NCBI RefSeq assembly: GCF_001194135.2
Contig: NC_069004.1
Coordinates: 2,889,613 to 2,931,063 of the forward strand
Source: Octopus bimaculoides
Lineage: Eukaryota
DNA length: 41,451 nucleotides
Reading direction: 5' to 3'
Made by a program: the position numbers and the translations under genes. Position 1 is the first letter of the stretch. Every line of letters begins with the position of its first letter. This document shows, in pieces, positions 13,460-21,686 of the stretch. Under the pieces are notes generated by a model. That model saw only the letters and a program-made list of their open reading frames with translations, did not search any database and was not told where the DNA came from.

Positions 13460-16400
13460 CATACATACAAAAAGAGATAAAGTATTAGAAAAAAAAAATA
13501 AATAAAAATTCTCAGCATGGCAGTAAATCTAAGTGAAAAAGTTAANNNNNNNNNNNNNNNNNNNNNNNNNNNNNNNNNNNNNNNNNNNNNNNNNNNNNNN
13601 NNNNNNNNNNNNNNNNNNNNNNNNNNNNNNNNNNNNNNNNNNNNNNNNNNNNNNNNNNNNNNNNNNNNNNNNNNNNNNNNNNNNNNNNNNNNNNNNNNNN
13701 NNNNNNNNNNNNNNNNNNNNNNNNNNNNNNNNNNNNNNNNNNNNNNNNNNNNNNNNNNNNNNNNNNNNNNNNNNNNNNNNNNNNNNNNNNNNNNNNNNNN
13801 NNNNNNNNNNNNNNNNNNNNNNNNNNNNNNNNNNNNNNNNNNNNNNNNNNNNNNNNNNNNNNNNNNNNNNNNNNNNNNNNNNNNNNNNNNNNNNNNNNNN
13901 NNNNNNNNNNNNNNNNNNNNNNNNNNNNNNNNNNNNNNNNNNNNNNNNNNNNNNNNNNNNNNNNNNNNNNNNNNNNNNNNNNNNNNNNNNNNNNNNNNNN
14001 NNNNNNNNNNNNNNNNNNNNNNNNNNNNNNNNNNNNNNNNNNNNNNNNNNNNNNNNNNNNNNNNNNNNNNNNNNNNNNNNNNNNNNNNNNNNNNNNNNNN
14101 NNNNNNNNAAAAAAAAAAAAAAAAAATAGCGTTAATGTGAAGTTAAAATGAAAAAAAAAAATCAAATCTAGCAATAATTTACAGCTTATCAGAATTTAAT
14201 GTCCATTTTCCATGCTGGCATGGGTTGGACGGTTTGACTGGAGGTCTGGAAAGCTAGAAGACTGCACCAGGCTCCAATCTGATCTGTTTCTACAGCTGGA
14301 TGCCCTTCTTACCGCCAACCACTCAGAGTGTAGTGGTTACTTTTTGCATGCCACCAGCACAGGAGCCAGTCAGGCGGGCCTGGCATCAATCACATTTGGA
14401 TGGTGCATTTTACATGCCACCGGCACGGAAGCCAGTCAGAGGATATTGGCATCAGCCACGTTCGGATGGTGCTTTTTATGTGCCACCAGCACAGGAGCCA
14501 GTCAGTGGGGGTACTGGCATCAGCCACGTTCAGATGGTGCTTCTTCTAACGGGCATGATGGGTCGATAAGTAAGCAACTTCGCTTTTGCCATCCGGTTTC
14601 ATCAGTCCTCAGTCAAATCGTCCAACCCATGCTAGCATGGAAAGCGGACGTTAAACGATGATGATGATGATATCTGGTCTGTTAATTATTACCACTGCTA
14701 TATGTAGTTGACGAAAATCGCATTCACATTTTTTGTAGAAGTCGATAATAAAGAAATTACAAGCATTGACAATTATACGGTTGGAAGGAATTTGACCAGA
14801 TCCATTATCAGGACAGGACCCTTCCATCAAATGGTTTTAATTCCACTTTATAAACGAAAGTTGAATTATAACATTGCATAACGGAAATTTTGACCTCGCA
14901 TTTACACGCGACTGTTTTAAGCGACGTGTTGGAAGAATCGGTAGGGCATCGGGCAAAATATTGTGTGTTGTCTCGTTACGGCATTTAATGTTTTGAGTTC
15001 AAATCCTGCTGAAGTCAAATTTGCTTCACCTTTCTCGTATCGGTAATATAATAACATCAATCAAGTACATCGGTCCAGTGTAATATTTCATTATAGCTAA
15101 GGCGGTGAGCTGGCAGAATCGTTAACGCACCGGACAAAATGCTTTGCAGCATTTCGTCCGTCTTTACGTTCTAAGTTAAAATTCCGCCGAGGTCGACTTA
15201 GCCTTTCACCCCTTTCGGAGATCGATAAAATAAGAACCAGTTCAGTCCTGAAGTCGATGTAATCGACTTCTCTCCGCCTCCGAAATAGCTGGCCTTTTGC
15301 TAAAATTTGAAACCTAGGAAAGGAATTATAAAAAGACTAGACCTGCTCCATCTGGGGCGCAAAACAACACCACCGAGCACTTAAGATAGTCAGACATAGA
15401 AATGGTATAAATAAAAATAGGTGAAGAGGGGGGGATATATTGTTATCGTTTGTTTTTGAATAAGTGTGATGGTGGAGGTGGTGTAAGAATGTCTGTGTTT
15501 TGTATGTCAGGGTGAAATTATAGTTATTTAGGTTTTGAACGAAAGACTGTTGCTGATTTTATCTTGTGTTATTATGTTCTTTGAAACAATGATTTCACAC
15601 ATCATGTTCTGTGTTATATTAAATGGCCCTCCCTTTCTGAACGTGTAGTGTAAGTGTGTGAGAGGTGACTGGAAGGCAAGGAACAACGACCATGAAAGAG
15701 ACTTAGAAGGTCACGTAGTTGACTTCAGATTGTCTGGTTTTCAAATGAAATACAGGAATAGAATATACACAACATGCATGAGGACACATAGACACACACA
15801 TACGAAGTCTATTTGTTGTTTCTAGACCATTGCCCTTCATTCATGTTTTTTTTGGGGGAATTTACGGTATATGTCGATGTACCACTGTATATATTAACAA
15901 TGGAAAGAAACAAGACAACGTGCGTGTGTGTGTGAATAGATGTCTTGTCTTTTCGTTTATATCTCCCTACATATTTTTTAAAGTTTGGTGAGCAGAATTC
16001 TTGAGGAATGAAAAGCAGTTTAAGATTTCGGACAACCTTAAGAAAATAAGATAGGGGAGTTGGACAAAAAAGAAAGAAAAAAAACAGGCTTTATGCATGT
16101 CATATAAACCCCTCATAACTTTTTAATTTTTGTAATTTTCAGTAAATTTTTGTGAATTTGTGTTCTACACACGGGGATTCATACCATTATGCAAACATTA
16201 AAAAATAAAATTTTTTTGGTGAGTGATTAAGGACTATTTAACTTATTTTTAGCACGTCTCACAACCACCTCATACCATCCTCGTTTGTCACTGACGTATT
16301 GTTTGTTTTTCAGTATCTTTCGCCCCATAAACACATTTAAGGGGATTGCTGGGATTTGAACCAAAAATTCGGACAATCCGTATTTTAAACTCTGATTTAA

Positions 16401-19400
16401 AAAGAAAGATTCGAAAAATTAAAATTTTTCTAAAAATCCAGGAAAAAAAAAATTTTTAATATGTTTTCTATAGTCGTGTGAATTCCCCCGTGTATAGAAT
16501 ACAAATTCGCAAAGGTTTTCTGAAAATTTCAAAAAATAAAAAAGTTATGAGGGGTTAATATTGAGTGCTTAAAGCAGAATTCCTCCAAAACACACACACA
16601 ATATATAATATATATTGTGTGTGTGTGTGTGTCTGGTGTGTTTTACTTGTAAGATTCAATGACATATTGAAATATACATAAACCGAGAGAAGCTAGAAAT
16701 TATGAATGAAGGAAGGCCACGAGAGAGAGAGAGAGAGAAACTAATAATGTGTACATGCACGTGCATGTTGGAAATTATTACAACGAGTGTAAAATATTAC
16801 TATTGTGAAATTCATTTAAATATTGCAATCAATTTCGATATTAACAGAGAAACAAAGAACCTTTCTTTTATTTTTTTCTCCGCCTCCGAATGATTAAAGC
16901 TGTTTTAAATAAAATCAAAAGCTCAACGTACTTTTAATAAACTTGTAGTTCTATGTCCATTACGAGTTTTGCTTTCAAAGGAACCGGGATTTGGCCGTTC
17001 GAAGAGCCGGATTCTCACAACTTTCAGGGAGTAGGGGTGGATGCAGAACTACCAGGACACTTGTGTATTTATGCCTAATTACTGAGATGGTAATTTAGTT
17101 AATGTGGTCAGTATACAGTTTATGTACATGTATTACAGTACAAAGGGCAGCTGTTCATACACCGAAGGCCTTGGGGTATTTCGTTTCGACAGGGCTATCA
17201 CCAAACTTGCAACAGTCTTCTAGTAATTTTCTAATTAGAATCAAATAAAACCATGAAATGTTAAAAAAAACCCTCCAAAATCCCGGCGCCGAGGTCAACT
17301 TTGCTTTCATCTTTCCATAATCGATAAAATAAAATAACGTACCAATCAAGTACTGAGGTCGATATAATCGATAAACGAACCCCCTGGCTTTGTGTTTAAC
17401 TTCGAAACTATTCTATAATAATTATTAATTCCGTTTGTGTGTGAAGAAAGCGAAGTTAGGGAGACAACAGACTTGACCCTTTAGCATTCAGATTGCTCTG
17501 TCGAATATATTGCTTATTTATTTATCGTTTTTTGAATTAATCATGGATTGTCTCGTAGCTTCAAAATTTCCATGATACGAGTTGTTTATTTTTTTAGAAT
17601 AACATTTGACATTGTAGGGTAGACGTGAGAAGCCAGGTTTGGTGGCTTTGGGCATAAACCAGGGAGATTATTGGGGTCAGATATGGCCAGTTTATATATA
17701 TATGCTAAAGGGTTTTTAAGCAGTTAAGTTCAGTATAAAACTAGTTAAAGAAAGCAGCGGGGAGGGGGAGGTTTGTCTTAAAAGAAATAGAAAAGTAGTG
17801 GAATGTTTGGTAGAAGAAAAAAAAATATATTAAAAAGCAGCAATATGGTTATTTACAGGACGGAATTGGTTTACATAAGAGACAATGTATGCGTATTTAC
17901 AAACCTGATAATCTCCCGATTCTTTGTGCAATCTAATCCGAGAGACAGAGCAGACTATTAATATTTATATTCCAGGGGTACCTTGCCTTGTCTTGTCTTG
18001 TCTTTTATTTTCTCTCACACACGGCTTGTTCTCTTTGAACGTCACTTCCGGTTTCGTAGTTGTCTCCCTTCCCTGCTTCTGGTTGGCTTTCTTCTCTTCC
18101 TTTCTTTCCTGAAAAACTTTTTCTCTAACTTGTTTTTCCTTTATTACTTTCTCTCTAATTCACTAATTCTTAGTCTTTCTTTTGCTCTGCAATATTTTTC
18201 TTACCTTCTTTACTCCACTTTCATCCCTCCTCCCGTCTCCCTTTCTTTATTTTTTCTTTACTTCTGCACCTATCACTGTCTGGATGTCCACCAGAAAGAT
18301 TTCAACTCAGCACAGCCAACTCAAGAACGTCTTGTCAACTGTTTTGCAGTGCTGCTGCTAATTACAGTGGCAAGTTGTTTTCACCCTGTAAATTGACGTG
18401 GTTATTTGAGGGCTGATGGTTCTTATCACTAGCACAGCATTAATGATGGGTCTTGAATGCTGACGACCTACGTTGGCTAGAGACTATCATAATATAAAGA
18501 AAAAAAAATGACATTTTTATGTATTAATTAATTTGCTTATATATTTATTTATTTGTGTCTTTGCAGAACAAATGATGTTTCAGTATTTTGTGAAGATCGT
18601 ACCAACAATGTATGTAAAAATTGATGGAAGTGTAAGTAATCATCTTTGTTGCTCTTGTGGCTGTGTATCCCTAAGTAAACTCTTGATCCAGCAGACCTGT
18701 AATTTTAGGCAACACTCCAACTGTGACCATCCCTTCTTCATGGTACATGTTATCTAGAGCTACAGCAATATCTTTATCTAATGCAGTAAGAATGGGGAAT
18801 TTGGCTGCTATTTCCTGTTGTTTTACAGTTATGTAGGACTACATTGAGTGATGGCAGTTTAAGTTTAGCTGTTATGTTTAGCACACTGAGTGATAATGAT
18901 AATAAAAAAATATATAGGTGTTTATTTATGTATTGTATATCTTACAGATTGTGCATAGCAACCAGTTCTCAGTGACCCGACATTCCAAAGTGGTCTCTTC
19001 AGGTTTCGGTGACTCTGGTCTACCAGGAATGTTCATTATGTATGAACTCTCTCCAATGATGGTCAGTTATACAGAGAAACAGAGGTGAGTGAACCTGAGA
19101 CAAGAATTCTTCAACCTTTCTCTTGCTTGCTTTTCTATTTTCTCTTACATTAGTTGGTCTCTCTCTCTCTCTCTATATATAGTTGAAATTTATTGAAAAA
19201 CAATGGATGAAGACAGGTGTATAAACAAGTAGGTGTATTAGTTTGACGCTCAGGAAGGTGAGAAAGTCTTTTACATTTCGTGACTGTGCTCTTCAACAGA
19301 CAGAAACACAAGGAAATAAACAGAGAGAGAATTAAAAAAAAACTTTTGGAGTTAGCCGTCAATCATGGCGATATGTATATATATAAAATCATGATATATA

Positions 19401-21014
19401 TATATATGTAATCTTATGCTTGCTCATACACACATGCACTTGCACACACACACAAGCTGGGTTACTATTATCTCCCCTTCCAGTCAATGACATGTGAAAC
19501 TGTTAATCCAGACGTTTTTTCTCTCCTCATTCCTTTCTGTTGAAGAGCATAGGCTCGAAACATCAAACACTCTTCCATTTTTTCTCAGCATCAAACTAAT
19601 ACACCATTTTTGTTGTTTCCTCACCTATCTCTGTCTTTTGCACCTTACACCAGACTAATAATGACAAAATTATAATGTCCCCCAAGTTCTTCATAATGTT
19701 TGATCCCTCTCCTCCTCTTTTTTTTGCAGATCTTTCATGCATTTTCTCACAGGTGTCTGTGCAATTATAGGTGGGATATTTACAGGTGAGTTTTATTTTA
19801 CCTCTCTTTGCTGATGAAGTATTCTTGTTTTGCTTTTTATCTGTGTTCCAGTTCCTGCTCTTAGCCATTTCTTAAGACTTACAAGAAACGTATCTAAGTC
19901 TAAAAGGAGATGAGAGAAAGGATAGAAATGTGCTGTGATGTCTGATTATGTAATGCAAATTCATTATGTGTGAGAGGCATTCAAATACAGAGACCTTCAA
20001 CAGTCGTGGCTGTGTGGTAAGAAGTTTGCTTCCCAACCGTGTGGTTCTGGGTTCAGTGCCACTGTGCGACACCTCGGGCATGTGTCTTCTACTATAGCCT
20101 TGTGAATGGATTTGGTAGTTGGAAACTGAAAGAAGCCCATTGTATATATTCACATATAGGTATATGTGTGCATAAATGTGTTGTTGGTTTGTTTACATCC
20201 CTGTAACTTAGTGGTTTGGCAAAAGAGGTTGATAGAATAAGTACCAGGCTTAAAAAAAGAAGCACTGGGGTCAATTCATTCAACAAAATACTCTCCAAGG
20301 TGGTGCCCCAGTATGGCCATAGGCAAATGACTGAAAAATGGTAAAGGTACCATCACCATCGCCATGGGTCAATCACTGCCTTCTGAGTGGATCTGGTTGA
20401 CAAAAACTGTACAAAGCCCATCATATATATATATGTATGTGTGTGTGTGTTTGGATGTTGACGTTCCATGCTTGTCACCATTTGACTGAAAACGGTGATG
20501 TTGTTTACATTACTTGTTGATGTTGGGTTGCTCTGTGTTATTGAAGACTTGCTTGGAAAACCGATATGGGTTGGAGACAGGAAGAGCATCCCTGTTGTTT
20601 CAATTTTCTGTGAAGAACATATCTGGCCTTGGGGGAATATTACCTTGCTTGACCAGATGGGTATTTGACCATAGACAATCTGCATCAATGAATTTCTGTC
20701 TGACCTCATGCAAGCATTTAAAAGTGGATATCTAAGTGATGATGATGATGATGGCGGTGGTGATGATAATGAATTTCATTAGAATTCTTCTTATTCCATC
20801 TTTATTAATTTTCTAAATTAAATTAAATGCTTGTCATTTGTGAAAAAAAAACCCCCGAAAACAACACAAATAATTATAAATTCAAAGTATTGGCTCTTTT
20901 CTCCCATCGTGTGTCTTCTTGTGATGTATTTCAGTGGCGGGACTCATCGATTCCATGATTTACCATTCATCGAGAGCAATTCAGAAAAAGATAGAACTTG
21001 GAAAAACTTCATGA
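3532..21014 (+). CDS. ERGIC3: ERGIC3 (ER-Golgi intermediate compartment protein 3, Erv46 family), spliced gene, 5'-partial. Visible join: 3532-3616.., 6520-6551, 7363-7433, 9956-10013, 10392-10423, 11436-11532, 18567-18631, 18948-19084, 19730-19785, 20935-21014
   Basis: The exon translations are collinear with ERGIC3 ([92 protein letters not shown]). All visible introns are GT-AG with consistent phases. The last seven exons (58, 32, 97, 65, 137, 56, 80 nt) match the human exon sizes as I recall them. Confidence 0.97.
3983..4320 (+). mobile_element. TTAA-flanked piggyBac-like MITE (4014-4236) plus a partial tandem copy, each preceded by a 23-bp spacer
   Basis: TTAA|CCCTTT...AAAGGG|TTAA termini; spacers at 3987-4009 and 4241-4263. 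Confidence 0.75.
6520..6551 (+). CDS. ERGIC3: ERGIC3 32-nt coding exon (variable luminal loop)
   Basis: T-rich tract then tctctctag|TG ATA GGA GGG AAG AAA ATC AAC GTA ACA GAG|gtaaga. Starts in phase 1 and ends in phase 0, which links exactly to the phase-0 exon at 7363. Confidence 0.75.
6603..6910 (-). mobile_element. RTE-related repeat, reverse orientation, with internal tandem units (similar copies at about 5445-5680 and 25525-25700)
   Basis: Trinucleotide tail followed by catgctggcatgggttggacgg and gtggcactggcatgag repeats. Confidence 0.7.
6915..7285 (+). mobile_element. Same MITE family: 3' half copy, 23-bp spacer, then a near-full copy
   Basis: aaagggTTAA-gaatcattcctctattatatatt-TTAAcc; internal sequence matches 4014-4236. 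Confidence 0.75.
7363..7433 (+). CDS. ERGIC3: ERGIC3 coding exon
   Basis: [23 protein letters not shown]; T-rich aag acceptor and AG|gtaagt donor. Confidence 0.93.
7790..8250. repeat. (TG)n-rich degenerate microsatellite
   Basis: Directly visible. Confidence 0.9.
8720..8945 (+). mobile_element. RTE-related non-autonomous repeat with (GAT)n tail
   Basis: gcacccactacactctcggagtggttggcg..gggcatccagctgtagaaac..cgtccaacccatgctagcatggaaagcggacgttaaacgatgatg. Confidence 0.75.
9405..9890 (+). mobile_element. RTE-derived element 3' region with (GAT)n tail
   Basis: Shares ctcacagaggcaatgacc..gcttgagaaga with the RTE remnant at 11828; ends in ccatgccagcatgga..ttaaatgatga. Confidence 0.75.
9956..10013 (+). 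CDS. ERGIC3: ERGIC3 coding exon
   Basis: [19 protein letters not shown]; ttcag / gtaagt; 58 nt. Confidence 0.97.
10392..10423 (+). CDS. ERGIC3: ERGIC3 coding exon
   Basis: (V)[10 protein letters not shown]; ttcag / gtaagc; 32 nt. Confidence 0.95.
10867..11238 (+). repeat. 88-bp direct repeat (10867-10954 / 11151-11238)
   Basis: 87/88 identical; RTE-related tail sequence. Confidence 0.85.
11436..11532 (+). CDS. ERGIC3: ERGIC3 coding exon
   Basis: [32 protein letters not shown]; 97 nt. Confidence 0.96.
11828..12078 (+). mobile_element. Decayed RTE-clade LINE 3' end
   Basis: [15 protein letters not shown] / [28 protein letters not shown], the classic RTE ORF C-terminus, with a frameshift and a stop. 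Confidence 0.85.
12320..12770 (-). mobile_element. Two adjacent family-A SINE copies
   Basis: Reverse complements of the family-A head and core at about 12320-12535 and 12570-12770. Confidence 0.75.
13105..13110 (-). terminator. Putative ROMO1 polyadenylation signal AATAAA
   Basis: tttatt on + strand, about 155 nt after the ROMO1 stop, followed by U-rich sequence on the - strand. Confidence 0.6.
13266..13374 (-). CDS. ROMO1: ROMO1 (reactive oxygen species modulator 1 / Mgr2 family), last coding exon; nested antisense in an ERGIC3 intron
   Basis: ttcag acceptor then (R)[35 protein letters not shown]. This matches the conserved ROMO1 C-terminus (human [34 protein letters not shown]); 109 nt, phase 2. 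Confidence 0.95.
14195..14670. mobile_element. Two RTE-related repeat ends in opposite orientation forming a foldback, with three internal tandem units of about 62 bp
   Basis: 14195-14240 and the reverse complement of 14610-14655 match at 41/46 nt. Confidence 0.75.
15100..15320 (+). mobile_element. Family-A SINE, CpG-intact copy
   Basis: ggcggtgagctggcagaatcgttaacgcaccggac..ccgccgaggtcgac; about 16 CpG by manual count. Confidence 0.8.
16109..16554. mobile_element. Non-autonomous DNA transposon (MITE) with imperfect TIRs of about 110 bp
   Basis: cccctcataactttttaatttttgtaattttcag... versus ...tgaaaatttcaaaaaataaaaaagttatgagggg; flanks TAAA / TTAA. Confidence 0.75.
17477..17712. mobile_element. 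Short MITE with 11-bp TIR CCCTTTAGCAT
   Basis: ccctttagcat ... atgctaaaggg; flanks are degenerate TTAA. Confidence 0.6.
17982..18039 (-). other. Candidate non-coding first exon of ROMO1
   Basis: Lies between the ETS-CRE motif and a donor-like AAG|GTACCC. Vertebrate ROMO1 has a non-coding first exon. The 5' boundary is unknown. Confidence 0.3.
18040..18051 (-). promoter_or_regulatory. ETS-CRE composite motif (CCGGAAGTGACG), putative ROMO1 promoter
   Basis: Exact overlapping ETS (CCGGAAGT) and half-CRE (TGACG). It sits at the edge of a CpG-rich block, just upstream of a candidate AAG|GTACCC donor at 17982/17981. Function is inferred. Confidence 0.5.
18567..18631 (+). CDS. ERGIC3: ERGIC3 coding exon
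   Basis: (E)[21 protein letters not shown]; ttgcag / gtaagt; 65 nt. Confidence 0.97.
18948..19084 (+). CDS. ERGIC3: ERGIC3 coding exon
   Basis: [45 protein letters not shown]; ttacag / gtgagt; 137 nt. Confidence 0.97.
19200..19310 (-). mobile_element. Repeat fragment with a degenerate copy of the same hammerhead-like motif (probable Penelope-like pLTR); related fragment at 37621-37690
   Basis: The - strand reads CTGTTGA A GAGC ACAG TCAC GAAA TG TA AAAGAC. The flank gaagacaggtgtataaacaa..caggtgtattagt.tgacgc..ggaaggtgagaaag recurs at 37621. Confidence 0.4.
19534..19567 (+). mobile_element. Penelope-like-element-type hammerhead remnant
   Basis: ttt-CTGTTGA-A-GAGC-atag-GCTC-GAAA-CA-TC-aaa; intact 4-bp stem II but a variant core. 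Confidence 0.4.
19730..19785 (+). CDS. ERGIC3: ERGIC3 coding exon (TM2)
   Basis: (R)[18 protein letters not shown]; ttgcag / gtgagt; 56 nt. Confidence 0.97.
20005..20345 (+). mobile_element. tRNA-derived SINE (family B here), near full length; other copies at about 8950-9107, 11640-11825, 23685-23950 and 31620-31930(-)
   Basis: gtggctgtgtggtaagaagtttgcttcccaacc..gggttcagt.ccactg..gtgtcttctactatagcc..gtggatttggtag..ggaaactgaaagaagccc. Confidence 0.8.
20935..21014 (+). CDS. ERGIC3: ERGIC3 last coding exon
   Basis: (V)[25 protein letters not shown]; stop TGA at 21012-21014. Confidence 0.97.
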
Positions 21015-21024
21015 CACGTGACTC

Positions 21025-21030
21025 AATAAA
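21025..21030 (+). terminator. Candidate ERGIC3 poly(A) signal AATAAA (further candidates at 21305-21310 and 21367-21372)
   Basis: AATAAA 10 nt after the stop codon; usage cannot be determined from sequence alone. Confidence 0.35.
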
Positions 21031-21686
21031 TTCCTCTTCCGAGAGAAAAAAAAAAAAAAAAGACAAAATTCAGAAAAACTCATCTCCTTTTGTTGTCTTT
21101 TTCTTTAATGTTTTGTTGCCCCTCCCCTCTATTTTGTCTGTCTCTCTCTTCCCTTTACTCTTGCTCACTGCCTCTCTTGATTACTCAGTCTCTTCCCCCT
21201 CTCTGTCACTCGCTTGCTGTCTCACTTCCTCCCCCTCCCCCCTCCCTGTCTCACTTGCTCATTGTCTGTCTGTTTGTCCGGACTCTTTGTCAGTTGATAA
21301 TTAAAATAAAAAGTTGTTGCTGTTATTGCTTAAATGGATTTCAAGATGTTAATTTATTAATTTCGAAATAAATTTAATTGGGTAAAGGGGCTTGACATTG
21401 TGTTGAGGGAAAGAGGCATCCATGACATGGAGTAGAGAGTGTAATTGTAATGCTTTTCTGTGGTTAGTTGAAGGGAAGGTGAAGAATGAGACAGAAAGAG
21501 GGAGAGAGAAGCGTCCGTGATGTGAGGTTGGGGAACTTTGCCGTTCGTCCTTTCAAGGTTGATAAATACTCTTGAAGGGTGTTATCAATTTAGATCCCTT
21601 GTAAAGATATTTGCTGTTTTGTTCATGCCCTTATGGTGACAGATGTAACCCAGTTGATTGTTAAATGTGTGCATAATAATAATAAT

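Noticed and set aside
14340-14535. Regularly spaced repeats of about 62 bp superficially like a CRISPR array
   Set aside because: They are degenerate tandem units inside an RTE-related element, with no unique spacers and no cas genes, in a eukaryotic context.
17139-17349. ORF ending [23 protein letters not shown] and possible + strand exon-like frames
   Set aside because: The N-terminal half derives from a SINE core. I do not recognise any of the translations, and there is no supporting splice pattern.
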